A stretch of 64,000 nt of DNA from Calditrichia bacterium. GTDB taxonomy: Bacteria > Calditrichota > Calditrichia > JAJRVZ01. Positions 21,221 to 32,721 of the stretch are shown piece after piece (position 1 is the stretch's first letter; every line of letters begins with the position of its first letter). Where the stretch lies: NCBI GenBank assembly GCA_963796965.1, contig CAWCNS010000004.1, forward strand, positions 704,001 to 768,000, read 5' to 3'. The notes below the pieces were generated by a model. The model was given only the letters and a program-made list of their open reading frames with translations, was not told the DNA's origin and searched no databases. The translations under genes were made by a program, and so were the position numbers.

Positions 21221-23155
21221 ATGATGAATTTAGTCTTTCATTTGAAGGGGTTTCTGAATAAAGCGGCACAGCGCGGTGTCGGGTACCCCATTGCACTGTT
21301 AAAATACTATCTCAGTAGGAATTGGTATCATATCAAACTCGCTTTGCTTGAAGGCCGACGATTAAATAGTAATGGAGTAAATATCTTCTTTAGGGACATT
21401 GACTCTAATAGTTCGGAGGATATCCTTGTAGACTATTTCACTGAAAGGAAATCTCCTGTATTCCATTTTTATCGAGACATAATAGGAACGATAGTCGAGC
21501 AAGTACCCGGCGCCTTAAAAGATAAAACCATTGCAGAAGCGAACAAAATATTAGAACAACGCTTTACCTTCCGCAATATTGGTGAACATAAATTTGATGG
21601 AGACGTTGATTGGTCTTATACTCCAAAAAATAGCATCTCGTGGCTGTGGGATTTAAATCGGCACAGTTACTTCCTAGATCTGGCGAGAGCATATTATTAC
21701 ACCAACGAGGATCAATATATCAGACATATGGTGACGCTTTGGGAGAGTTGGATAGTCCAGAACCCCGTATCGAAGACTGTCAATTGGGCCACACCCTTTG
21801 AGGTCGCCAGTAGGCTTAATAATTGGATTTGGTCCTTTTTTTTCTTGGTTTACTCGGGTATAAAGCCGTCTGCTCCACTTGGTAAATTCTTGGCATCAAT
21901 GTGCGATCATGCAGAGTACTTGTACTATAACCTTGAATACCACTGGCCAAATAATCATTTGTTCTTGGAATCTAAAACATTGTTTGAGTTTTCCTTGCTG
22001 TTTCCTGAAGTAATAAACCAAGAAAAATACTTTCGGCGATCAGAGTCAGTCTTCAAAGACCAGGTCACATCCCAAATTTTGCCTGACGGGGGTCACTCTG
22101 AACTCTCTTCAATGTATCATCTTATAGTGGCGGGAGAATTACTGGAAATCGCTTCACTTGCAAAAAGGAACCGAATACCAGTCGCTGAGGCTTTCGAGGC
22201 ACAACTGCTGGGATCACTTAAATTCTCGCGGGCTATGGTGCGAGACGATGGCTCGATGACATTACTGGGAGATTCGGCAACTGAAGATAATAATATTCGA
22301 TTTTCGCCAGCCCGGGTTGGACTGAGCGACTTGAATTATTGGCTTCTCAATGAAGCCCAAACTGAACTCTTGCCGCCGAATGCTAAAAAGAAAGGCCTCT
22401 CTGTAGAGGTCTTTCCATATTCGGGTTATGCTTTTATAAGGAATGAGTCTGGTGATAGGAAATTCTCAAGCACCTTTGATTTTGGCGCCTTCAGCCGAAA
22501 CCCGGCGGCGGACCATGCGCATAATGATGCCTTGAGCTTTGACTTATATGCCTTGGGAAGGCAAATCATTATAGATCCTGGCGTGTGTTTCTCAAGTGCA
22601 CCAGGCGCTATACCCCATGACTATTTTAGAGGTACAGCCGCTCACAATACAGTTATGATTGATGATAGAGAACAATCCCAAATTTGGCGGAAATCTGATG
22701 TGAGAAAAAAGGCTAAGGTTAGTTTACATTGTTTTCATACCACACCTGAAAGAGTAGAAATTGAGGCATCTTGCGTTCCATACTGGACAAATAATAGTAA
22801 GATAATCCACACACGCAAGATTAACTATCTTTTATATGGTCGAGTGGAGGTCATCGATCACATTAGTGGGACTGGCAACAGGAATCTGAAATGGTTTTTT
22901 CACTTTGGTCCAGACATCGAGATAACGACTCACGGAAATGATGAAGTATCTGGGTTCGATGAGAAAGGAGATCCGATATTTACCCTTCTTGTCAGCGCTC
23001 TTAAGAGACCAGATCTGAGCATCGTCAGAGGATCGATCGATCCATTTCAGGGGTGGATGTCTTTTAATTCCTCAGAAGTCAAAGCAATTAGTACAGCAAT
23101 TTATGAGATTAGGGTTGGAGTTCCTTTTCGGTGCAATTTTGAATTCAATTTTTGA
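21221..23155 (+). CDS. Heparinase II/III family protein
   Basis: WDLNRH, NNHLF, QILPDGGHSELSSMYH, HAHNDALSF, DPG, TAAHNTV. Confidence 0.9.
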   Translation: MMNLVFHLKGFLNKAAQRGVGYPIALLKYYLSRNWYHIKLALLEGRRLNSNGVNIFFRDIDSNSSEDILVDYFTERKSPVFHFYRDIIGTIVEQVPGALKDKTIAEANKILEQRFTFRNIGEHKFDGDVDWSYTPKNSISWLWDLNRHSYFLDLARAYYYTNEDQYIRHMVTLWESWIVQNPVSKTVNWATPFEVASRLNNWIWSFFFLVYSGIKPSAPLGKFLASMCDHAEYLYYNLEYHWPNNHLFLESKTLFEFSLLFPEVINQEKYFRRSESVFKDQVTSQILPDGGHSELSSMYHLIVAGELLEIASLAKRNRIPVAEAFEAQLLGSLKFSRAMVRDDGSMTLLGDSATEDNNIRFSPARVGLSDLNYWLLNEAQTELLPPNAKKKGLSVEVFPYSGYAFIRNESGDRKFSSTFDFGAFSRNPAADHAHNDALSFDLYALGRQIIIDPGVCFSSAPGAIPHDYFRGTAAHNTVMIDDREQSQIWRKSDVRKKAKVSLHCFHTTPERVEIEASCVPYWTNNSKIIHTRKINYLLYGRVEVIDHISGTGNRNLKWFFHFGPDIEITTHGNDEVSGFDEKGDPIFTLLVSALKRPDLSIVRGSIDPFQGWMSFNSSEVKAISTAIYEIRVGVPFRCNFEFNF

Positions 23156-23209
23156 GGTCACGGAGGAATCTTGAAGGAAAGGTACGGAATTGATTTGTCT
23201 GGACATGAA

Positions 23210-23842
23210 TTGAAAATAGGCTACATGTTGCATAGACTTTCCGATGTTAACTGACACCTACCTCTGTTCGGAGATAGAAGCCTTAAGGGCTAAAGGGATT
23301 GAGGTCCATATTTTTGCCGGCTTCAGATCGGATAGCCTGTGGGCCATTCCGAACTTAACAGATCTTGTCTCAGAAACAACATATTTAAAACCTTATAAGG
23401 TCAAAATGTTACTAAAGGCATGTTGGCTATCTTTGTTACATTCGATACAATTAAGGGACATTTATGCGCGGGTGTTATTTGGGGGGGGCACCGAAGGATT
23501 TCTTCGTCGTGGCAAGGCCCTTCTGCATTCCATAGCGGGTGCCTATTTTGCCCTACTGCTTAAAGACCATAAGGTGATCCACATTCACGCCAACCATGGT
23601 TATTTTGCTAGCTGGGATAGCTATGGTCGCAGGCTAGAATACTCGGGATATCTTACAGCATAACTTTTCATGGTTCCGATCTTCTAATAGACAAACTTTT
23701 TTTGGATCTGAAAGTAAACAATAGCGCCTTTTGTTTTACCATCTCGGAATATAACAAACGTCATCTAATTCAGCAGCTTCCCGAAATTGACCCTGAAAAG
23801 ATTATTGTACACTATATCGGTGTCGACGTGGACATGAAATGA
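23210..23842 (+). CDS. GT4 glycosyltransferase N-terminal half (frameshifted)
   Basis: KIGYMLH..., HIHANHG, then YSITFHGSD...TISEYN...IGVDVDMK and a stop at 23840-23842. Confidence 0.65.
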
Positions 23843-24183
23843 TTAAAATAGCAGCCAACGAAATTTACTTACAAGGCCAATACGGCATTAAAAACCCAAC
23901 TTGGCATATTCAGGATTCCGCGTGGAAGGCTAAACAAATCCTCAAGATGATGGAGAAGAATCAAATCCTTCCCGATTCAATTTGTGAAGTAGGATGTGGT
24001 ACGGGTGAGGTACTCCATCAACTATATCTTAACCTACCCACTGACCTTCAATTCGTCGGTTACGAGATAGCCCCTCATGGTATTGGCTATATAAAACGAC
24101 CTTTCGTGTATAGCATTTTTTATCAAATTATTTATGATAAAATAACTTTTCGGTGGTCGGGAACGCTTTCAGGGCAATCATGA
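23839..24183 (+). CDS. Class I SAM methyltransferase N-terminal fragment
   Basis: NPTWHIQDSAWKA, ICEVGCGTGEVL, GYEIAP; no recognisable remainder. Confidence 0.65.
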   Translation: MIKIAANEIYLQGQYGIKNPTWHIQDSAWKAKQILKMMEKNQILPDSICEVGCGTGEVLHQLYLNLPTDLQFVGYEIAPHGIGYIKRPFVYSIFYQIIYDKITFRWSGTLSGQS

Positions 24184-24791
24184 TGAAAAGTAATGATTCA
24201 GTTGTTGGTAATACCAAGAATAGATTAATACTCCTCACGGTAGGAAGACTTCACCCTGTTAAGGATCATGAATTTTTAATAAGGGCCTGCGCTGAATTAA
24301 AGCTGAAAGAATTACCATTTCTGTGTATTATAATAGGAGAAGGGGAGACTAGAAAAGAAGTTACGAATTTGATAAACCGAGTTAACCTGCAGCATGAAGT
24401 AAAACTTCTGGGCATTGTGGATAGGCCTTTTATTAATGCTTTCTATCAAATGGCTGACCTCTTTGTTCTCACTAGTAAAAGCGAAGGACTACCTTTGACG
24501 CTTATGGAAGCGATGCTAAACGAGAGACTGGTACTTGCGCCCAATATTACAGGAATTCCTGAGATTATAAAGGATGGGCACAATGGGTTTCTTTATGAGA
24601 GTGGGAACCTTGTCGATTTTGTAAATAAGGTTTTATATATATTCGAGAAGTACGAATCCACACGTCACATTGGCAAACTAGCTCGCAGTCATATTCTTGA
24701 ACGCTTCAACCGAAAGCGAAATATGGAGGCCTTTGCGGGCAAACTTGCTGATCTATTAAAATCTCGTATTCGTGTTGATGAGAAGTCTTGA
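24180..24791 (+). CDS. GT4 glycosyltransferase C-terminal (nucleotide-sugar binding) half
   Basis: TVGRLHPVKDH, SKSEGLPLTLMEAM, GIPEII..GHNGFL. Confidence 0.8.
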   Translation: MMKSNDSVVGNTKNRLILLTVGRLHPVKDHEFLIRACAELKLKELPFLCIIIGEGETRKEVTNLINRVNLQHEVKLLGIVDRPFINAFYQMADLFVLTSKSEGLPLTLMEAMLNERLVLAPNITGIPEIIKDGHNGFLYESGNLVDFVNKVLYIFEKYESTRHIGKLARSHILERFNRKRNMEAFAGKLADLLKSRIRVDEKS

Positions 24792-25029
24792 CACATTCGT
24801 CAAATCTTTCAATCCAGTGGTGCTTTGATATGCGGTTATAGTAAAAGAGTTAAAATAACTCTTAGTGCTTATCCGTAAAAAATAAAGGGGTTTGTGCAGC
24901 CGATGATTTTCGCAGAGATTTAATTTTCACCATAAAACCATTTTAAAGGAAAAGCACCTTTTTCCACCTTTTTGAACCCTTTTGAGTTTCACATTAAAGA
25001 TCTTACACAACCTAATAAATGGCCCCAAA

Positions 25030-26256
25030 ATGCGCATTTTAATCGTTAACAAATTCTATTTTTTATTTGGTGGAACAGAAAGGTATTTATTTAATCTTAC
25101 TGATGTCCTGGAAACCATGGGGCATACCGTAATCCCTTTTGCCATGCATCATGAGAGCAACAGGGAAACGCCATACAGTAAGTACTTTGTCAGCGAAGTC
25201 GACTTGTCGATTGGCAGGCACAAAGTTTTGCGTAACGAGATCAAGGCAATGGGTAGAATACTGTACTCCTTCGAGGCGAAGAGGAGATTGAGATCCCTGA
25301 TTGAGGACACAAAGCCGGATATAGCGCATGTAAGAAATGTGTACCATCAATTATCCCCCTCTGTTTTGTCTGTTCTGAAGAAAATGGGTATTCCATCCGT
25401 ACTAACCGTTGCAGATTACAAAATGATCTGTCCCAATTACGATATGTTCTACAAGGGTAAAGTATGCGAAGCGTGTAAGAAAGGGCGGTTCTATCATGCA
25501 GTAATGAAAAGATGTGTGAGAAACTCTTTTGCAGCAAGTGGTTTGCTTGCTATCGAATCGACTTTACATAGATTTGTTTTGGATAGCTACAAAAGGAATA
25601 TTGACTTATTTATCGCACCCAGTAAATTTGTGCGACAAAAACTCGTAGAGGCAGGTTTTTCAGAAGATCAGATTGTGCACTTACCACATTTTTGCGATAG
25701 TTCCAAATATATACCTTCCTATGAATCTGACAACTACCTTGTCTTTTTTGGAAGGTTAGACCACAGGAAAGGATTGCTAACACTCATTAAAGCCATGAGA
25801 CGACTACCCACAAAGCTAGTGATAGTGGGGGATGGTCCAGAGAAGTCAAACCTGGAAAGATACATTGAAGCAGAGGACATATCAAACGTTTTCCTTGTCG
25901 GCTACAAGTCTGGCGAGGATCTTAAATCCATTATATATAGAGCGAGATTCTCCATCCTGCCATCGGAGTCAAATGAGACTTTTGGCCATACGGTCCTTGA
26001 GTCCTTTGCATGTGGTAAGCCGGTCATTGCATCAAAGATTGGTGCACTCCCCGAACTGATTCGAGAGGGAGAGAATGGTCATCTTTTTGAGCCAGGCAAT
26101 GTAGGAGATCTTGCATCTAAGATCTCTGACTGTATCGAGAATCCTGGGAAAGTAAAAGAAATGGGTAAAATTGCCCGCTCCATTGTTGAAAGAGATTATA
26201 GTCCGGAAGAGCATTATAAAAAACTCATAGGTATTTACCGGACCTTAGCATCATGA
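25030..26256 (+). CDS. GT4 glycosyltransferase
   Basis: MRILIVNKF, GGTERY, FGRLDHRKG, ETFGHTVLESFACGKPVI. Confidence 0.9.
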   Translation: MRILIVNKFYFLFGGTERYLFNLTDVLETMGHTVIPFAMHHESNRETPYSKYFVSEVDLSIGRHKVLRNEIKAMGRILYSFEAKRRLRSLIEDTKPDIAHVRNVYHQLSPSVLSVLKKMGIPSVLTVADYKMICPNYDMFYKGKVCEACKKGRFYHAVMKRCVRNSFAASGLLAIESTLHRFVLDSYKRNIDLFIAPSKFVRQKLVEAGFSEDQIVHLPHFCDSSKYIPSYESDNYLVFFGRLDHRKGLLTLIKAMRRLPTKLVIVGDGPEKSNLERYIEAEDISNVFLVGYKSGEDLKSIIYRARFSILPSESNETFGHTVLESFACGKPVIASKIGALPELIREGENGHLFEPGNVGDLASKISDCIENPGKVKEMGKIARSIVERDYSPEEHYKKLIGIYRTLAS

Positions 26257-27342
26257 AGATAGCAATGATCGGTGGTAGGGGGCTGCCAACAATATATAGT
26301 GGTCTTGAAGTGGTTCTGAAAGAGCTCTTGCCCTAGGTTAGTCCTAAGGGGACATGATGTAACAGTATATTGTATGTCACAATATTTTAGTGAGGAAAAT
26401 TATAAAGGTGTTAATTTGGTTAAAATTCCTGGGATTTCAACTAAACGGTTCGATATTATGTTACATAACTTTTTTTCAACAATTAAAACTATCTCTGAAA
26501 AAGTAAACATATATCATTTTCACGCAATTGGGCCATCTATATTTTCAATAATACCAAGATTAATAAATGCCCCAACGATTGTAACCATGCACAGTCTTAA
26601 TTGGAAACATTCAAAGTGGAACAGAATTGATAAGTTTTTTATAAAAATTTTTGAGGATTGTTCTGTAAAATTTCCAGAATATGTTGTAACAGTTGCAAAA
26701 CAGCATCAAAAATATTTACAAGAGAGACATGATAAGCCAATTCATTATATTCCAAATGGCGTAAATTTCTTTCCGAAGATTGGTGCAAATAGAATTTTAT
26801 CTTTAGGCTTGAAACCACACGATTACCTATTATTTGTTGGGCGGGTAAGTCAGGAGAAGGGGTGCCATTTTCTGGTTGAAACTTTTAATAAGATGGACAC
26901 AAATAAAAAATTAGTTATTGCTGGTGCGGTATCAAGAGAAAATAAATATTTCCAACAATTAAAAAAGATGGCTAATAACAAAGTGATTTTTCTTGGTCAA
27001 GTGACACAAGGATTATTATCAGAATTATACAGCAATGCTTTAGTTTATATTCTACCATCAGAGTCAGAAGGCTTCTCATTATCACTCCTTGAAGTTATGA
27101 GTAATGGATGTTGTATAGTGGTAAGCGCTATTGAAGAAAATTTGGATGTAATTGGCGATTGTGGTTTAACCTTTGATCCGGGCAATATAAATATGCTAAG
27201 AGATAAATTACTTTCTATAATGGATAAAGAAGATATCAGATTAATGTACGGAGAGAAAGCACGAAAACGAGCACAGAAATTTTATAATTGGGACGATATA
27301 TGTGATTCGTATGAGATGTTATATAAATCTTGTATTGCTTAA
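26253..27342 (+). CDS. GT4 glycosyltransferase (frameshift near 26332)
   Basis: MKIAMIGGRGLP from the ATG at 26253 joins ORF 26374; VGRVSQEKG, SEGFSLSLLEVM. Confidence 0.85.
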
Positions 27343-27633
27343 TTTATTTTATAGTAATCAAATTATAGTTGGATTTTATTTGATTTCTGTAAACTTATTT
27401 ATGAAGAATAGTTTGGTTTATCTCTCGATTCAAATTTTCTCACTTTTAGATCATCAAATTTTTAAATAATCAAGGTTGGTAAGGACTTAGAGTGTTCAAG
27501 GTAAATATTTTTAACAAAAATATTAACACAATTAGATCGACTGAAAAAATAAACATTTGTAATTTTTGAGTGGATTAAAATATAGCGAACAATTTTTTTA
27601 GAATTAATTTAAAGTTTCGTTTAATGGGGTGTT

Positions 27634-29310
27634 TTATTTATTCAGAGATCTAAAATTCATTGGTGTCTTAATCAACACATATTCAATGGCACCAATATCT
27701 TGTTGATTTCCCTGTGGAATTGGCATATCTAAAAAATCTTTTTGAATATTAATATTGAGCGCTGAATCAATACAGGGTGATGTCGGAGCCAACGTGAACA
27801 AACCTTTACTAACATCGTTGAATTGAGGATTTTCATTAATTGAGTTCATGTCAGAACTGGTTATATTCCTCCAATCTGAAAATACTGAAATAAGTTGATT
27901 ACCCCAATTAAAAAGTTGCGGTCCATTCGAATAGTAACAGTTATAATCACATAAAAAATTATTCCCTAAATCTGTGCCAAGGCTAATTAAATTACCATTT
28001 AATGTAAACATTATATTGTTAACAATTTGAATATTTTTAGTATTTGAACCACCGGTAACACTAATCGCGAATCCATTGGATCGCTGGTTGTATATTGTAT
28101 TATTGTAAATTTTTGTACCTACACAATCGCCAAGTCCTATTCCAGCTCCCCTTATCCCTATTCCACAATCGGTTATAATGTTATTATATATCTCGTTGTC
28201 ATTTTCGGAATTTTCATTGTCAATTACATAGATACCACTGCCAAAAGAATTCTCAATCCAGTTATATATAACTTTGCAGTTATCGACATAATACAAAAAT
28301 ATCCCGAAGGGGATAAATTCAGATGTGTTTCCTTGTCCTCCACTATAGCATTTGTTACCATCAATTATGATATTGTAGGTTTTATTAGTAGGATAATTTC
28401 TATAGTTTTGATTAATAGCATCATGAACAACAATATTTGCTTCCTGATCGTCTGAACAGTTATTCTCTAATATCAGTATGTCATGCGAATTTTTAACATC
28501 TATAGAATTTTCATAGTTGCCGCCTAATATATTTGATTTTATAGTACCATTGAAACATTCATTGTCAATCATTATTCCATCTTCACCTGCAGGATAAATA
28601 GTATTATCGCTTATTACAAAGTCTGACACATTCGCTACAAAATTAATACCGACTTTCTCAAGTCCTATTTGTCCTGGGGTAATCATATTATTGATAATGG
28701 AGACACCCTCATAACCACCGAAAGTAGAATTGATATATATTCCGTTTGCATCAGATATTAGTACATTATTTCTTATTATTATTCCATGTTTCAATTCTGA
28801 AGACCAAGAACCAATGCTGATACATCTATCTATTGCTCTTAATTTTAGATATTCGATAGTTATATAACTATTGTTATTGATATCAATTGCACGTGATCTA
28901 CCGGTACCTATTATAGGTAATGAACCTTCACCATAGGATGAAATAATAATATGATCTTTAGACGTTCCTGAATTTCTAGTGATAAGTGTTTCGTTCCACT
29001 CAACACCACTTTTAAATCGTATTTCATCCCCAGGATTAAATATGAAATTGTTTACTTTTTCGACCGTTCTCCAGGCGGTAGTAGGTGAGAGTCCGTTATT
29101 ATTGTCATTGCCACTGGTAGCATCTATATAATAGGTGGTTGTCCAGCCATTTAAGAAAAAAGAAAAAAGAAAAAAGAAAAATCCGAAAAAAAACGTAATC
29201 TTCCGGTTTATAGTCAAAATTGCAGAATTATGGAAAAATGAAAAAGGAAAAAGGAATAGGACAAATATTTTAATTCTATTTTTTTTGTGATATTTCAGTA
29301 ATCTCTGCAT
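27634..29310 (-). CDS. Secreted right-handed beta-helix protein (pectin-lyase-like fold)
   Basis: TYYID...GNDNNNGLSPTTAWRT, Asn/Ile-rich beta-helix repeats, SPCIDSA...DIGAIE. Confidence 0.8.
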   Translation of the reverse strand: MQRLLKYHKKNRIKIFVLFLFPFSFFHNSAILTINRKITFFFGFFFFLFSFFLNGWTTTYYIDATSGNDNNNGLSPTTAWRTVEKVNNFIFNPGDEIRFKSGVEWNETLITRNSGTSKDHIIISSYGEGSLPIIGTGRSRAIDINNNSYITIEYLKLRAIDRCISIGSWSSELKHGIIIRNNVLISDANGIYINSTFGGYEGVSIINNMITPGQIGLEKVGINFVANVSDFVISDNTIYPAGEDGIMIDNECFNGTIKSNILGGNYENSIDVKNSHDILILENNCSDDQEANIVVHDAINQNYRNYPTNKTYNIIIDGNKCYSGGQGNTSEFIPFGIFLYYVDNCKVIYNWIENSFGSGIYVIDNENSENDNEIYNNIITDCGIGIRGAGIGLGDCVGTKIYNNTIYNQRSNGFAISVTGGSNTKNIQIVNNIMFTLNGNLISLGTDLGNNFLCDYNCYYSNGPQLFNWGNQLISVFSDWRNITSSDMNSINENPQFNDVSKGLFTLAPTSPCIDSALNINIQKDFLDMPIPQGNQQDIGAIEYVLIKTPMNFRSLNK

Positions 29311-29398
29311 AATAACCTTCCTGCATGTTTTGATTAAAAATTATAACAATTCTATTTTTATAAAATGAGTTTTCTAATCTGTTTAAAATACTCTGCTA

Positions 29399-29995
29399 TC
29401 ATTTGGTAGAAATATACAGCAGAGGGAACCTGGTTCCCATTATTATCTTTACCATCCCATCCCATTTCATTTTATAAACACCTTTATCTTTAAATTCGTT
29501 TACTAATTTTCGGACATCTTGTCCCAAAACATTGAAAATGGTAATCACTACAAAACTACGATTGGGTATACTGTATTCAATCGTAGTTGTTGGATTAAAC
29601 GGATTTGGGTAATTCTGTTTGAGTCCATATTTGGTAACCACATTATAATCATCATTATTAAGTGATGAAACAGATCCCGCTGAGGCCACAAGTTCAGGTG
29701 TAGGCAAACTCTCATAGCCAAAGGAATCAACAACAGTTAATTTGTAAAAATAAGACACACCAGGTTCGACCGTATTGTCCTGATAAGTGAAATCAGTTGC
29801 CGGGATATTTTCCAACACGTGCATCGTACCGGCAATCGTATCCCTGTAAATCACATAATGTGAAAGATGCTGGTCTTTATTTGGCGGCCAGGCAAAACGT
29901 AAAACATTTTCTTGGGCAAATGTACTGTTTAAGAATAATAATGTAATTAAAGATAAAACTATAAATTGAATTCTGACCATGTATTTATAAATCAA
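29399..29995 (-). CDS. Secreted FN3-like protein with C-terminal sorting/FlgD-like domain (C-terminal frameshift)
   Basis: Signal peptide, W..N....LSHYVIYR, YFYKLTVVDSFGYES, QNYPNPFNPTT. Confidence 0.75.
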   Translation of the reverse strand: MIYKYMVRIQFIVLSLITLLFLNSTFAQENVLRFAWPPNKDQHLSHYVIYRDTIAGTMHVLENIPATDFTYQDNTVEPGVSYFYKLTVVDSFGYESLPTPELVASAGSVSSLNNDDYNVVTKYGLKQNYPNPFNPTTTIEYSIPNRSFVVITIFNVLGQDVRKLVNEFKDKGVYKMKWDGMVKIIMGTRFPLLYISTK

Positions 29996-30157
29996 TACTA
30001 CTAACTTTTCGTAATTTTAAAATAATCGCCCATGACAATTGTGTAAAAGTTTTGCACAATTGCAGATAGCACATCTAAACAATATTCTTGGAAACCCCCG
30101 ATACCATTGATCAATTTTACTTACTTAAAGATTTATTAAAAATTACTTTCTTCTAAA

Positions 30158-30172
30158 GCAAGTTTTGTGCCA
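30158..30172 (-). promoter_or_regulatory. Sigma54 -24/-12 promoter
   Basis: Minus strand TGGCAC-AAAAC-TTGC, full consensus, upstream of the ORF starting at 29995. Confidence 0.7.
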
Positions 30173-30435
30173 TTTATTCCTCATCTGTAATCAATTAATC
30201 ACCCATTCTTTCTTCGGATTATAGATTGTTTTTGAAAATACTTTTACTACTAAAATTTTTATTAAATTTAAAATAAAAATTTTAGAATCGTTATGATTCG
30301 CAGAGTTTTTTTATAATCATATATACTTTTATACCTATATACCTTTGATCTTTTTAGTATTCAGGATATTTTATCAAAGTGGCCAAAAAATATGCCAAAA
30401 TAAATCGTTAAAAAAACAACTTTTAAAAAGAATTA

Positions 30436-31637
30436 ATGAAAAAAATAGTGAAAGAATTACCTGCGGGATACACAATACAAATTTTACGAAGTATCAAAGA
30501 GATAGAAAAAGTAAGATCTTTTTGGGAAGAAAAACTAGAGACATCCTGATGGCAATTTAGATTTATTTATAAACATTATTTACTCAAAAAATGAAATTGT
30601 GTGTCCCTATATAGTATTAATACTTTTGCATAAAAAACCAGAAGCAATGATAGTTGGCATAGTAGAAAAAAAAAGGATTAAGGTTACTGTATCCTATAAA
30701 AAGTTATCTGGTCCAAAACTTCGAGTTTTAACAATTATTCCTGAAAGAATATTAGGAAAAGAAAATTTTGTTTGTTCTAATATTTTTATTGCAGAATTAG
30801 TAGCATTATTAAATAGAAAAGAAATTGATTTGGTGGATTTTGAATATGTAAATATCGATTCACAGTTATTTAACTTAGTCTTTGAAAAAGCCGAGATTTT
30901 TATTTCATGATTATAAACCGGATATTACATTGCATTGGAAGACTAAATTACCAAGAACTATTGATGAATTGTTTACTAATATGGGCTCTAAACAAAAACA
31001 TGAAATATTTCGCAAAGAAAGACGAATTCAAAAAGAATTTAATGGTAAAATAACTTTTTGTTGTTATAAAAATGAGAATGAAATTACCAGACTTAATGTG
31101 AGGATATAGAAAAAGTAGCCATAAATTCTTTTCAGAGTATGCGTTGGGTATGGTTTTATAAATAATACTGAAAATATAAATTATTTATCGATATCGGCGA
31201 AACAGGGCAGGTTACGTGGCTATTTCCTGTACATTGATGATATACCCTGTGCATATTATATATGTCGAATATTTAAAGATATCTTTTATTTTTGCTATTC
31301 AGGCTTTGATGAAGGATATAAAAATTACAGCCCGGGATCGTTTTACTAAAAAATATTTTAGAAGATATATACAAACATGAGAAAAATCTCAAGGAGATTG
31401 ACTGGGGTATAGGAAATAAGATATTTATAAAACACCTTGGAAATTATTCTTTTAAAGTAGGCTCTATCTATATTTTTCCATCCACTTTTTATGGTTTGTA
31501 TATTAAATTGCACAAAAAGTTCACTCGTTCTCATTAAAACAGTTGTGAAAGCAATTCTAATTAAATTTGATTGGAAAGATAAAATAATAATGTATTGGCG
31601 CCAACGTTTAATTAAAAAACATTTGAGTCCATATTAA
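30436..31637 (+). pseudogene. CelD/BcsL-like GNAT acetyltransferase, multiply frameshifted
   Basis: Fragments ...RKERRIQKEF..., GRLRGYFLYIDDIPCAY, YSGFDEGYKNYSPG, DWGIG..IYK in shifting frames. Confidence 0.6.
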
Positions 31638-31889
31638 AAATAGGTTTGATAATATAGATTAAGTAAGATATAAATAGTCTCTAAATCCCTCCGAAACCTT
31701 CACCCTTCCCCCTAAAACGCAATGGTTGTGAACATTTATTGTTCCTTTTGGACCATCTTTGTATATACCTGTTATAAGCAATCCAAAATTCAGTTAGTTG
31801 TTATACAGATAATCAATTTCCCCCAAAAACAACATTCAATATTAAAGGGTACATTTATCCGGTTTTAAAAATATCTACCAATAATTGTC

Positions 31890-32520
31890 TTATTTTTGTA
31901 TGATTAACTTTTTTGTGTCCACGAACCTTTCTGCCAATAACTGATAATAATAAATACCAGTTGCCACTTCCATACCCTGGTTATTTTTCCCATCCCAAAC
32001 GACCTGATATCTTCCTGCCTCCCTTATATGACTCTTCCACCTTCTTAATTTCCCTCCCAGCGCATCATAAATCGTAATCTCTACCCAACTGCTTTTCTCA
32101 ATCGCATATGAGATCGTCGTCGTACTGTTAAACGGATTGGGATAATTCTGCTCTAAGATCAAAAGCCTCTAACTATGTTAGGATCATCTTCTGTCAAGTC
32201 GGGTAACTATTTCCAGCCGTCGCTGCTATTTCGTTGGATGGTGCACTTTCATTTCCATATGAATCAGCCGCCGTCAATTTATAATAATAGGTCACACCAG
32301 GTCTCTACCGTATCATCTGTATAGGTCGAATCGGTCTTTGCGATCTGGTCAAGCATCTTCATCGTACCCGGTTCCGTATCCCGGTAAATCACATAATGTG
32401 ATAAATGCGGTTCAGTATTCGGTGTCCAGGCAAAACGCAGAACATTTTCCTGCGAAAAAACATGATCAGATGAATAAAAATAGAACCAAGAATAAATATA
32501 TTATTCCGATTTTTGCTTTG
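31890..32520 (-). pseudogene. Frameshifted paralog of 29399-29995 (FN3 plus C-terminal sorting domain); start approximate
   Basis: ENVLRFAW / LSHYVIY-like codons at 32380-32455 parallel 29850-29915; QNYPNPFNSTT, GIYYYQL. Confidence 0.6.
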
Positions 32521-32704
32521 CAAAAATTTGTCAATACGAATCCCTTTTCTGAATCCGGCTGAACATTAATATCTATGTACACGTCCTGTGTAACTTTTGC
32601 ACAGCTGCCAGGATAATTAAATCTATGGTTTTTGGGAAAGTCCCCGCTACGACTGAGGTGTGTAAGCTTTTAGGACAAAGACCCCAAGCTTAATTGAAAT
32701 ATTA

Positions 32705-32721
32705 TGCAATTTTGATGCCAG
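32705..32721 (-). promoter_or_regulatory. Sigma54 -24/-12 promoter
   Basis: Minus strand CTGGCAT-CAAAA-TTGCA upstream of the paralog. Confidence 0.65.
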
